From assembly GCA_963664295.1 (NCBI GenBank), contig OY760935.1, positions 32,001-96,000 on the forward strand: a stretch of DNA of 64,000 nucleotides, written 5' to 3'. This DNA comes from Candidatus Altimarinota bacterium. GTDB taxonomy: Bacteria; Patescibacteriota; Gracilibacteria; CAIRYL01; GCA-016699755. This document shows, in pieces, positions 28,884 to 38,375 of this stretch. Every line of letters begins with the position of its first letter. The first letter of the stretch is position 1. The notes beneath the pieces were generated by a model. The model did not search any database. It was given only the letters and a program-made list of their open reading frames with translations, and was not told the DNA's origin. The position numbers were made by a program, and so were the translations under genes.

Positions 28884-29618
28884 ATGCCAATTAATACAAA
28901 CGAAATCAGCGAGCTTTTAAGTATTAGCCCAGGAGCAACAGATGTTTATATTGAATTACTAACTCATGGCGAGCTTTCTGCTAAACAGCTTGATATGTTT
29001 ATGCAGTATACGCCAAAAGAAATTAAGCCAGCTATTAAAGAACTAAAAGAAAAAGGACTAATCACTAAAATTAACTCTATTGATGACACGGAAATTTATC
29101 ATGCTCTTTCTCTTTTGCAACTAGAGGAGAAGATGGAAAGAGAGAGAACAGTATTGAGTAGCTTGAAAAAAATTATTCTTCCTCGCTTGCAAAATCCAGA
29201 AAAACTTGGAATTGTTAAGTATGAAGGCTGGGAAGGTATTCGCAGGGTTTATGTGGAGATTTTGGAAGAAGCTATAAATACAGGTGAAAATATTATTGCC
29301 TTTGAGTCCAATGTTGATAAGTCTGATATTGGAGAGTTATTTCTTAAAAACTACATTGATAAAAGAATTAAAAGCAAGGTTAAGGCTTTTGTGATAAGTC
29401 CATTAACTGAAATGGATAAAAAATATAAAGATAGATATCAAGGTGAATACACTGAAGCAAAGCTGTTAAGTGATTTTCCTATTGACGCCAGTATTAATGT
29501 TGTGGGTAATCTTGTGATGACATTTTCTGTTGATAATCCCAGAGGTACATTAAGAAGAAATCTCGCTGAAGCAAACACTTGGCGAGCTATTTTTTGGGAA
29601 ATTTGGCATAAAAATTAA
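28884..29618 (+). CDS. TrmB-family transcriptional regulator
   Basis: N-terminal wHTH (VYIELL...LKEKGLI); YEGWEGIRRVY; C-terminal IFWEIW. Confidence 0.75.
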   Translation: MPINTNEISELLSISPGATDVYIELLTHGELSAKQLDMFMQYTPKEIKPAIKELKEKGLITKINSIDDTEIYHALSLLQLEEKMERERTVLSSLKKIILPRLQNPEKLGIVKYEGWEGIRRVYVEILEEAINTGENIIAFESNVDKSDIGELFLKNYIDKRIKSKVKAFVISPLTEMDKKYKDRYQGEYTEAKLLSDFPIDASINVVGNLVMTFSVDNPRGTLRRNLAEANTWRAIFWEIWHKN

Positions 29619-29622
29619 AACT

Positions 29623-30780
29623 TTATTTACCTAAGCATCTTTTTTGCCACATTGAAGTATTTTTTCTTTTTGCTAAAGGGTCTGTTAAGTCTGGAAAGTT
29701 TAAAGTTTCTGCTTCACCTCGTTGCAAAACCTTAAGTACGTTTTGCAATGAATCACCCATAATCATTTCTAGTAAGTGTTTAGGATTATCAAAAATTTCT
29801 TGAAATTGTTGATAATCAGCTATTCCTGATGGAAGCATTGTTGTTTCTGTGATACCTGACTGAATTAGTCCAGCCCTAATCATTTCAGATGTATGCTTTG
29901 GGAATGTTGGCGCATAGCGTATATGATACGGAAAACCGCCAGCTTTTTGGTGAACATAATTAGAATAATTAGTTACTATCATGTTTTGGTTTTCTCCTTC
30001 CAATAATTCTTTTTCTTGTAAAACAGCAAAAGTTTTTGCTCTTAGCCAATAAAAGAAGCCAGTTGAACTATCAGGTATATCTTCTATAAAAAATCCTTTT
30101 TGTTTTAATATTTTTACAATGTTTTTATATAGTGTTTCTCTTTTTTTTCTTAATGCCTCTGTGCTACTAAAGTCTGCTATTTCTGGGGTCACAAACCACC
30201 ATGCAAATATTGCGTCAAATGTTTCCTCCATTACTTCTGCGACTTCGACTATATCCCCAGTTTGATATTTTATATCAATGCCCTCTATGTTTTCAGGATT
30301 ACTAGTGTTAAATGCTTCCATTAATCTTGTTCGTGTTTTTTCTATATGCTGATCTAGGAGATCATTGAAAACTATTTCTTTAAACCCTAGTTTTGTTGCA
30401 ATTGCGACCTCAAAAGGGGCTAATCTTCCTGGTCCACAACCAACAATGAAAACATTTTCAGGGTCTTTGTTTTGTTTTTGTTTTATGTTTGTGGTAATTT
30501 CTGCAAAGAATTTAATTAAATTTTTAACATCACAAATAAAATGAGGTAATCCATGTTTTTCTAGGTCAAGTGATGTATATGCGGCTTCTAATAATTCTAA
30601 ATATCTTTGTGGTGTTAATTCTAATTCATTTTGAGGACCAAAAATAAAATCAACCGCAGTTTTTATTGGCGTTAATTGTAAAGCAGGGTTTGTTGTACCT
30701 GTTTTGATTGCTTTTTCAAGTTCTTCTTCTGCAAAGTGGCCTTCTTTATCTGTAGTAATTTTATTACTTGTATTTTTCAT
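29623..30780 (-). CDS. Class I SAM-dependent methyltransferase-like protein
   Basis: IVGCGPGR motif I, VFND, GDI, FDAI, LKQKGFF; own promoter TTGACT-16-TACTAT at 30803-30830. Confidence 0.65.
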   Translation of the reverse strand: MKNTSNKITTDKEGHFAEEELEKAIKTGTTNPALQLTPIKTAVDFIFGPQNELELTPQRYLELLEAAYTSLDLEKHGLPHFICDVKNLIKFFAEITTNIKQKQNKDPENVFIVGCGPGRLAPFEVAIATKLGFKEIVFNDLLDQHIEKTRTRLMEAFNTSNPENIEGIDIKYQTGDIVEVAEVMEETFDAIFAWWFVTPEIADFSSTEALRKKRETLYKNIVKILKQKGFFIEDIPDSSTGFFYWLRAKTFAVLQEKELLEGENQNMIVTNYSNYVHQKAGGFPYHIRYAPTFPKHTSEMIRAGLIQSGITETTMLPSGIADYQQFQEIFDNPKHLLEMIMGDSLQNVLKVLQRGEAETLNFPDLTDPLAKRKNTSMWQKRCLGK

Positions 30781-30845
30781 TCAAAACTAATCAGAGTAGT
30801 CTATAGTAATATATTTTTTTTAAAAGTCAAGTCTTTTTATGGTCA

Positions 30846-30882
30846 TAAAATCAAATGACTATCTTTTTGTCATTTGATTTTA
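30846..30882. terminator. Perfect 14-bp inverted repeat downstream of ileS (terminator or operator)
   Basis: taaaatcaaatgac-N9-gtcatttgatttta. Confidence 0.5.
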
Positions 30883-30913
30883 ATATTTTTTAAATGAATA
30901 TTAGATGAATTGA

Positions 30914-33900
30914 TTATTTTTTTATTCTTAGGACAATCGTTATTCCTTCTATTTCTACTTCTTTTTCAAGATCGACTTCATTTAATTGCTGGTCTATTTT
31001 ATCTGCTAAAATTTCTTTTGCAACCCATTTTTCATATTTTTTTATAATTTCATCTGCACCGCTTATTTCTGCGCTTATTCGATCATTGATATTATAGTCG
31101 GCTTCTTTGCGCATGTCTTGTAAGTGGCGAATGATTTCACGCACAAAACCTTCTTCTTTTAGCTCGTTGCTTAGTTCTGTGTCTAATGCTACTACAATAC
31201 CTTCTGCGCTTTCTACTTCAAATCCTTCTTTGCCAAGATAGGCAATTTCCAGTTCATCTGGATTTAATATATGGTCACCGACTTGAATTTTTCCGTCTTT
31301 TAGTTCAGAAAAATTACCTTTTTTTGCTTCTATAATTACATTTTGCACCTCTTTACCAAGGCGAGGTCCAAGCTTTCTTGCGTCTGGCTTGGCTATTTTT
31401 TGTGCTATTTCTTCAGGATTATTTAATATTTCGATTTCTTTAATATTTAATTCTTCTTTTATTAATTCTTCATTATCTGTGATTATTTTTTTGCTCAAAC
31501 GAGGAGGGAGTGCAATTTGTGCTTTTTGTAATGGTTGGCGTACGCGAATTTTTGAGCTGGCGCGTACAGCAAGCCCAAGGGAGATAATAGTACGAATTGC
31601 ATTTATTTCTTCTCTTAACGCTGAGTCGTCATCAAATTGTTTATAATCTGGCCAGTCGCATAAATGAACACTTTCTGGGGCATCTGGAGTTTTTTTAACA
31701 AGTTCTTGATAAATTGCCTCAGGGAACATTGGCGAAATTGGTGCTAATGCTTTGCAAACTGTGATTAATATTGTGAACAAGGTTTCAAAAGCACTGTTTT
31801 CTTCGTCCCAAAATCTGCGTCTGCTTCTGCGAATATAGAAATTAGTTAATTTGTCTAAAAATTCAGGAATTTCACGGCAGGCATTGTCTATATAATAGTT
31901 ATCCATGTGTTCTGTGAAGTTTTTTAGGAATTCTCTTAGCTCTGCCAAAATCCATTTGTCGAGTTTATTGTCTGGTTTTTTGCCTGTTAATTCCCATTTT
32001 GTGATATTTGCTAGTGAGGCAAAAAATGCATAGGAATTTTTTATTGGTAAAAATACTTTACGCAAAACTTCTTCCACGCCTTTTTCGGAAAACCTAAGGT
32101 CATCTGCTTTCATTAAAGTTGAGCTCATAAGATAAAATCTCATAGCATCAGCTCCGTATTTATTAAAAATAAGCTCTGGTTCTGGGTAATTTTTCTTTGA
32201 TTTACTCATTTTGTGTCCATCTTCTGCCAGCACAATTCCGCTAACTACACAGTTTTTGAAAGATTCTGTGCCAAAAAGACCATTAGCAAGAATGTGGAGC
32301 GTGTAAAACCAGCCACGTGTTTGGTCTAAGCTTTCGGAAATAAAGTCTGCTGGAAATTCATGTTCAAATTTTTCTTTATTTTCGAATGGATAATGTCTTT
32401 CTGCGTATGGCATTGAACCAGACTCAAACCAGCAATCCAAAACATCAGGCACACGACGCATAACACCGCCACATTTACATTGAATTTCAACTTCATCTAT
32501 ATATGGTCTGTGTAGATCAATTTCACCATTGTCATTTGTTGGAACAGAGTCAAAAGAAAACGTATTTATTACTCCTGTTTCTGTTGGTAAGTCAAATATT
32601 TCTTCAGGTCCAAGATTAAGAAAATATTTATTAACCATTCTTACTGTCACACCATGTCCAATAATAAGAATATTTTTATTTCTATACTTTTGGTATAGCT
32701 CTTTTATTAAGTCTTTTACTCTTTTTTCTACGTCTTGTTTACTTTCTCCGTTGTGCGGGTTTGTGTAAAATCTTTCATGATTATTTTTAAATTGACCTAG
32801 CCAATCATCAATTGATTTATTTTCCATATCGCCTGCATCTATTTCACGCACACGATCATCGAAAACAACTTTTACATCTTTGCTAAATCCTTTTAAAAAT
32901 TCTTCGGTTGTTTCACGAGTTCTTTGGAGAGGAGAAGCAATAATTAAGTCTATTTCAGTGTTTTTTATTGATTCACCTGCTTGACGAGCTTGCTCTTTCC
33001 CTTTTTCTGTTAAGCCAACATTAGAGTCAATTGCAGAAGAAACAATATTTTTTATATTATGTTCACCTTCGCCATGACGCATAACCATAATTTTGTTTTT
33101 TTTGACGCCTCTGTCGGAAAGTTCACGCACTGAGCCAATTACTTCTTTTTCTTCACAGGCATCACATTTCCAAACAGGTATTGGTGCGCCCCAGAACCTA
33201 TTGCGAGAGATTGACCAATCTTTTGCATTTTCTAGCCATTTTCCAAAGCGACCGTCTTTGATATGTTCTGGTACCCAGTGAATTTTTTGATTTGTTTTCA
33301 AAACATTGTTTTTGAACTCATTTACTGCAACAAAAAATGAAGAAGTTGAGTAATTAAGCAACTTACTATCACATCTCCAGCAGTGTGGATATGAGTGACG
33401 ATAGCTTTGAGCTTCAAAAACAAGCCCTTTTTCTTTTAAATGGTTTATTACATCTTTGTTTGAATTACTTGCCTCTTTTCCTTGTAAAAATTCTGGTGCT
33501 TCGTTTGTGAATATGCCGTCAATTCCTAATGGCTGAAAGAAAGGAGCGCCTTCTTTTTGACCTAATTGAAGATCATCATCACCAAAAGCAGGAGCAATAT
33601 GCACAACGCCAGTTCCATCTTCTGTGGAAACAAAGTCAGCGCTCACTACCTCATATTTTTTACCTTCTTTGTCTTTTGCGCACTCAAAAAGCGGAATATA
33701 TTTTTTACCAACCAGATCAGAGCCTTTTATTTTTTCAATAATTTCTGGCTCTTCCCCGAGTATTTTTTCAAATTTATTTATTAAATCTTTTGCAAGTATC
33801 ACATTGCCTTTTGAAGTTTTAATTTTTACATAATCAATATCTGCACCAACAGCCAAGAGGATGTTAGAAGGAAGAGTCCAAGGAGTAGTAGTCCAAGCGA

Positions 33901-34561
33901 GTATATAATTTCCTGGTTCATCAGCAAGCTCAAACATAGATGTCACAGAAACATCGTCTATGTCTTTATAGCCAAGAGTGACTTCAAAATTGGATAAAGT
34001 AGTCGCGCAACGTGGGCAGATATGCATTGATTTATGTCCTTCATAAATTAAGTCTTTTTCCCAGAGCGTATTAAAAACCCACAAAATAGACTCCATATAA
34101 TTAGGATCCATTGTTTTGTAGTCGTTTTTAAAATCAACCCATCTTCCCATTCTTTCAACTGTTTTTTCCCATTCTTGGGTATAACGAAGAACAATGCCTC
34201 GACAACTTTCGCAAAAGTTTTTAACGCCATATTTTTCAATATCTTGCCTGCCAGATAAGTCTAATTCTTTCTCCATTTCGTATTCCACAGGCAGGCCATG
34301 GCAATCCCAACCAAACCTGCGAGATATATAGTGCCCTTTCATGGTTTGGTAACGAGGAATGACATCTTTTGTGGTACCAGCAAGAATATGCCCATAATGA
34401 GGCAAACCAGTTGCAAAAGGAGGTCCGTCATAAAAAGTAAAAGCAGGGGAATTTTCCCTTATTTCAAGAGATTTTTTAAACATCTCTGTTTTTCGCCAAT
34501 AAGCTAAAACTTCTTCTTCTAACTCAGAGAACGACTTTTTTAGTAGGTCGGTATTAAACAT
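30914..34561 (-). CDS. ileS: Isoleucyl-tRNA synthetase, type 2, with an inserted histidine-phosphatase domain
   Basis: DGPPFATGLPHYGH, GWDCHGLP, WTTTPWT, DWSISRNRFWG, DQTRGWF, KMSKS; insert with MRHG..SPLQRT..GES..HG. Confidence 0.96.
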   Translation of the reverse strand: MFNTDLLKKSFSELEEEVLAYWRKTEMFKKSLEIRENSPAFTFYDGPPFATGLPHYGHILAGTTKDVIPRYQTMKGHYISRRFGWDCHGLPVEYEMEKELDLSGRQDIEKYGVKNFCESCRGIVLRYTQEWEKTVERMGRWVDFKNDYKTMDPNYMESILWVFNTLWEKDLIYEGHKSMHICPRCATTLSNFEVTLGYKDIDDVSVTSMFELADEPGNYILAWTTTPWTLPSNILLAVGADIDYVKIKTSKGNVILAKDLINKFEKILGEEPEIIEKIKGSDLVGKKYIPLFECAKDKEGKKYEVVSADFVSTEDGTGVVHIAPAFGDDDLQLGQKEGAPFFQPLGIDGIFTNEAPEFLQGKEASNSNKDVINHLKEKGLVFEAQSYRHSYPHCWRCDSKLLNYSTSSFFVAVNEFKNNVLKTNQKIHWVPEHIKDGRFGKWLENAKDWSISRNRFWGAPIPVWKCDACEEKEVIGSVRELSDRGVKKNKIMVMRHGEGEHNIKNIVSSAIDSNVGLTEKGKEQARQAGESIKNTEIDLIIASPLQRTRETTEEFLKGFSKDVKVVFDDRVREIDAGDMENKSIDDWLGQFKNNHERFYTNPHNGESKQDVEKRVKDLIKELYQKYRNKNILIIGHGVTVRMVNKYFLNLGPEEIFDLPTETGVINTFSFDSVPTNDNGEIDLHRPYIDEVEIQCKCGGVMRRVPDVLDCWFESGSMPYAERHYPFENKEKFEHEFPADFISESLDQTRGWFYTLHILANGLFGTESFKNCVVSGIVLAEDGHKMSKSKKNYPEPELIFNKYGADAMRFYLMSSTLMKADDLRFSEKGVEEVLRKVFLPIKNSYAFFASLANITKWELTGKKPDNKLDKWILAELREFLKNFTEHMDNYYIDNACREIPEFLDKLTNFYIRRSRRRFWDEENSAFETLFTILITVCKALAPISPMFPEAIYQELVKKTPDAPESVHLCDWPDYKQFDDDSALREEINAIRTIISLGLAVRASSKIRVRQPLQKAQIALPPRLSKKIITDNEELIKEELNIKEIEILNNPEEIAQKIAKPDARKLGPRLGKEVQNVIIEAKKGNFSELKDGKIQVGDHILNPDELEIAYLGKEGFEVESAEGIVVALDTELSNELKEEGFVREIIRHLQDMRKEADYNINDRISAEISGADEIIKKYEKWVAKEILADKIDQQLNEVDLEKEVEIEGITIVLRIKK

Positions 34562-34654
34562 TTCAAAGCCTAAAAAACATCAGGAATATTATCACAATAA
34601 TTTGCAAAAACAAACTGCAAATGCTAGAATTTTTGCGATTTAATTGGCTTATAA

Positions 34655-36103
34655 ATGCAGTTTTCATATATCGCCTTAAGTCCAGAATATCAGCGACTAA
34701 CAGGTGTTATTACAGCGGAAAATGAAGAAGAAGCACGCAAAAAACTCCATGCAATGGGCTTAAGTGTTATTTCTATTAGTGAACATAAAGGAGATGAAGC
34801 GCCAAAAGAAACTGAAACAAAACAAAAAACACAAGTACCCACTCAAGTAGGAGTTAAGAATTTTTATTTCAAAGTTGTTAATTCCAAAGGACAAACAGTT
34901 GATGGAACAATAGAATCCACCGATCGAAAAACAGCTTATAAAAGACTAGTTGGAGAATATAATTTTAATGTTCTTGTCTTGTGTGATGCTTCTTTGCCTA
35001 TTGAAGAAAGAGAAGAAAAAGGCAAGGAAGGACTAGAGGAGTTAGCAAAAGAAGTCAATAAAGAACTAGGCATAACAACAGAATCGAAAAAAACAAAAAA
35101 ACAACAAGAAAATGAGCAATTAGGTGAAAATAATGATAACACAAGACAAAGAGAAGAATTGATGCAAGAGGTCGATGAAGTCGCTAAGCTTGCCGATGAT
35201 ATTTTAGAAAAATATGAAAATCAGCTTGCTGGTGATGAAATAAAAGAAATAAAAGACAAAAAAGACGCTTTAATGCGCATGAGATTAAGCAATAACCTGC
35301 CTTATATTCGAAATCTTACAGAGGAACTTTTCTTAGCAGTAGAAGAAATTCTTAGTAAATATGCTCAGGCCGAAGATGCACAAGAGCAAATTGTTGATCT
35401 TCAGGAGGATTTATTAAAAAAATCAGAAAAATTAACCGAAGAACAACAAGGTGAGGAAAAATATAAGTCAGCAATAGCATTCAAAGGCACATTAGATAGC
35501 ATTAGGAGAATAGCTGATCGCATGGTGGATATCATCAAAAGCGATGAAGTAAAAAAAGATGAAATGGAAGTTGTGCTTGGAGGAAAGCCAAAAAGAATAT
35601 TGATTATTCAGTTTCTTAAAAAGTTCTTCTTTCATTTAAAAGGCTATATAACATCAAAAAGCCTTATTCGTAAAAAAGTACATAAACAAAAAATTATTGA
35701 TATCTGGGAAGAATTAAAAGTTGACTGGAAAGAAAGAGAAGCACAAAAAGAATTGGCTGAAATAGAAAAAAAAGACAAAGAATTACTCAAAAGAGCAGAA
35801 GGAAAGTCATTATCTTTTTGCGACGAAGCCAAGCTTTTTGTTGGTTGGCTACTTTCTTTTTATATTATTTATTTTTTTATAGCTTATTATATCACTTTGA
35901 AGTGGGGACCTTCTTCGCCACTTTTTGATTTTGTTAGCAAAAGCATGGAAACAAGCTTTTTACCAATTATTATTGGGGTTTTATTTATTGTCTTTTTTGG
36001 TTTATCCATAAAAACCAATTTTGCCAGATATAGTTTTTTAAAATCATTGTTGATATTTATTTCAACAATTTTCGTTTTAGTTCTCTTTTTGTTTAATTTT
36101 TAA
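34655..36103 (+). CDS. Membrane protein with two PilC-N-terminal-like modules, a coiled coil and C-terminal TMs
   Basis: FSYIAL..LTGVITAENEEEARKKL..MGL and FYFKVVNSKGQTVDGTIES..AYKRL; 3 C-terminal TM segments. Confidence 0.6.
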   Translation: MQFSYIALSPEYQRLTGVITAENEEEARKKLHAMGLSVISISEHKGDEAPKETETKQKTQVPTQVGVKNFYFKVVNSKGQTVDGTIESTDRKTAYKRLVGEYNFNVLVLCDASLPIEEREEKGKEGLEELAKEVNKELGITTESKKTKKQQENEQLGENNDNTRQREELMQEVDEVAKLADDILEKYENQLAGDEIKEIKDKKDALMRMRLSNNLPYIRNLTEELFLAVEEILSKYAQAEDAQEQIVDLQEDLLKKSEKLTEEQQGEEKYKSAIAFKGTLDSIRRIADRMVDIIKSDEVKKDEMEVVLGGKPKRILIIQFLKKFFFHLKGYITSKSLIRKKVHKQKIIDIWEELKVDWKEREAQKELAEIEKKDKELLKRAEGKSLSFCDEAKLFVGWLLSFYIIYFFIAYYITLKWGPSSPLFDFVSKSMETSFLPIIIGVLFIVFFGLSIKTNFARYSFLKSLLIFISTIFVLVLFLFNF

Positions 36104-36110
36104 AATTAGT

Positions 36111-37181
36111 ATGAGTGAAAAAATTCGTGTTGCTCTTTTAAAAGGAGGTAAATCAAGAGAAAGAGATGTGTCTTTGGTTAGTGGCCAAGGAGTTCTTGAT
36201 GCGCTCAATAAAAATGGCAAGTTTGAAGTTTTTGTATATGATCCAAAAACAGATTTACAAAATTTTGTACGCGATGCAGAATCTAAAAAATTTGAAGTTG
36301 TTTTTCCAATGTTGCACGGAAAATATGGAGAAGATGGCTCTATACAAGGTCTTTGCGAGCTTGTGGATATGCCTTATGTAGGTAGCGGAATTCGTGCAAG
36401 TGCTAATGGAATGGACAAAATAACCACTAAAGATATTTTTAGATCGGTGGGCATTCCTGTTGCTGATGATATTTATATTGTCCGTCGCTATGAAGGACAC
36501 TATTTTGTAAAGAAAAATATTACAAGTTCACCACAAGATCTAGAACATAGACACATGGCACGTAAAGCAGAAAAAGGTATTTTTTGGCAAGACTTAGAAG
36601 AATCAGAAGACCAGCTTTTTGAAGAAGTTTTAGAAACAATAAATTCATCTAGTTTAAATTTTCCAGTTGTAATAAAACCCGCATCAGAAGGTTCTAGTTT
36701 TGGTGTTTCTTTAGCAAAAAATGAAGAAGAGTTAAAAAAAGGCATAAAAAAAGCCCTGGATATAGACTACAAAATAATTGTGGAAAAATTTTTAAAAGGA
36801 AAAGAAGTGACAGTAGGTGTTATTGGAACAGATAAATTACAAGTTTTTGAGCCAACAGAAATTATTGCAGAAAAAGGGGAGTTTTATGATTATGAATCTA
36901 AATATAGCGAAGGTGGAAGCACACACATAATTCCAGCAAGAATTTCCGAAGCACAAACAACAATGGCGAAAAAATATGGTATTGATGCGCACAAAGCAGT
37001 TGGCTGTAAACACTTAAGTAGAACAGATATGTTTATAACCGATCAAGGCATTTTTGTCACAGAAATCAACACAATACCAGGATTTACACCAACATCATTA
37101 CTACCAGAAGCAGCTCAACATGCAGGCATAAGTTATGAAAAACTTTGTGAGCAATTAGTTATGTGGGCATTAGAGGAATAA
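36111..37181 (+). CDS. ddl: D-alanine--D-alanine ligase
   Basis: GGKSRERDVSL, LHGKYGEDG, KPASEGSSFG, YDYESKY, EINTIPG. Confidence 0.95.
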   Translation: MSEKIRVALLKGGKSRERDVSLVSGQGVLDALNKNGKFEVFVYDPKTDLQNFVRDAESKKFEVVFPMLHGKYGEDGSIQGLCELVDMPYVGSGIRASANGMDKITTKDIFRSVGIPVADDIYIVRRYEGHYFVKKNITSSPQDLEHRHMARKAEKGIFWQDLEESEDQLFEEVLETINSSSLNFPVVIKPASEGSSFGVSLAKNEEELKKGIKKALDIDYKIIVEKFLKGKEVTVGVIGTDKLQVFEPTEIIAEKGEFYDYESKYSEGGSTHIIPARISEAQTTMAKKYGIDAHKAVGCKHLSRTDMFITDQGIFVTEINTIPGFTPTSLLPEAAQHAGISYEKLCEQLVMWALEE

Positions 37182-38046
37182 TTTCACCAAATTCGTTAAT
37201 AATTTGCACCTCAGGCTTAAGAATAATGTTGAATTTTTTATAAACTCGGTTAATCACCTCTTGTGCAAGCTCAATTACATCTTTTTGAGTTGCTTTGCCA
37301 TTATTAATAATAAAATTAGCGTGTTTTTTGCTCACTTCAGCATCACCAACAGAAAGACCTTTGCATCCAGCCTCTTCAATTAATTGGCCAGCAGATTGAT
37401 TTGTAGGATTTTTGAAAAAACTACCCGCAGAAAAACCTTTTGGTTGTTTTTCATGTCTTTTTTTTAAGTTTGCAATGATTTTTTCTTGAATTTTTTGAGG
37501 ATTATTTTTGATAGAAACTTTAAAAACAGCAGAAATAATAATTAAATTCTTATTTTGTTTTAACTTAGAAGAACGATAATCAAATTCAAGCCACTCATTG
37601 GAGCATTCGTTAATTTCACCAGTTTTTAAGTCACAAACTTTTGCACTTATTAAATGGTCAGAAATAGAAGTTTTTGTGCCAGCATTGCCATAAATAGCAC
37701 CACCAATAGTGCCCGGCCAAGTAAAATCCGAGAAATTATAACCATGTTTGGCGCAATCAGAAATAAAATTATTCATTAAGACTCCGGAGTCAGTCTTAAT
37801 CAAGCCGTTTTCAAAGTTAATTTTATTGTTTTTTATTTTAATTATAGTACCTTGAAAGCCTTTATTAGAAAAAAGTATATTTGTTCCACCACCAAGAATG
37901 AAAAAAGGTTTTTTATTAATTTTTAGGAATTCATTAATATTATCAGAGGAATTAAAGGTGACAATTTTATTAGCATTACCTCCAATGCGAAAGCTTGTTA
38001 AATCAGCCAAAGATACATTTTTTTTAATTTGCACAACAAAAATCAT
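37159..38046 (-). CDS. murB: UDP-N-acetylmuramate dehydrogenase
   Basis: SFRIGG, LGGGTN, PGTIGGA..NAG, YRSS, SAGSFFKNP, HANF. Confidence 0.95.
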   Translation of the reverse strand: MIFVVQIKKNVSLADLTSFRIGGNANKIVTFNSSDNINEFLKINKKPFFILGGGTNILFSNKGFQGTIIKIKNNKINFENGLIKTDSGVLMNNFISDCAKHGYNFSDFTWPGTIGGAIYGNAGTKTSISDHLISAKVCDLKTGEINECSNEWLEFDYRSSKLKQNKNLIIISAVFKVSIKNNPQKIQEKIIANLKKRHEKQPKGFSAGSFFKNPTNQSAGQLIEEAGCKGLSVGDAEVSKKHANFIINNGKATQKDVIELAQEVINRVYKKFNIILKPEVQIINEFGEIIPLMPT

Positions 38047-38112
38047 GCCACGGCAAAAAAACTATTGCAATTTTTTATAATCTTTGGGAAAATCTTTTGG
38101 CAATTATATTGC

Positions 38113-38189
38113 GGAGCGGTAGTTCAGTTGGTTAGAACGCTGCCCTGTCACGGCAGAGGTCGCGGGTTCGAGTCCCGTCCGTTCCGCCA
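38113..38189 (+). tRNA. tRNA-Asp(GTC)
   Basis: GGAGCGGTAGTTCAGTTGGTTAGAACGCTGCCCTGTCACGGCAGAGGTCGCGGGTTCGAGTCCCGTCCGTTCCGCCA; hairpin aaatggcttt/aaagccattt follows. Confidence 0.97.
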
Positions 38190-38375
38190 GAGATTGTTTA
38201 AATGGCTTTATAAAGCCATTTTTTGTATATTTATATTTTTTAAACGAAAATTATTGATTTTTATATATTATTTTACCTGTAAAAATTATACCAATTAATT
38301 ATTGACAAATAAGTGAATATAAGCTTATATTATAAACCTTATTTCGATTTTTGTTTTCTTTTAATAAACTTGCTT

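Noticed and set aside
38029-38298. 89-aa ORF
   Set aside because: Runs through tRNA-Asp; spurious.
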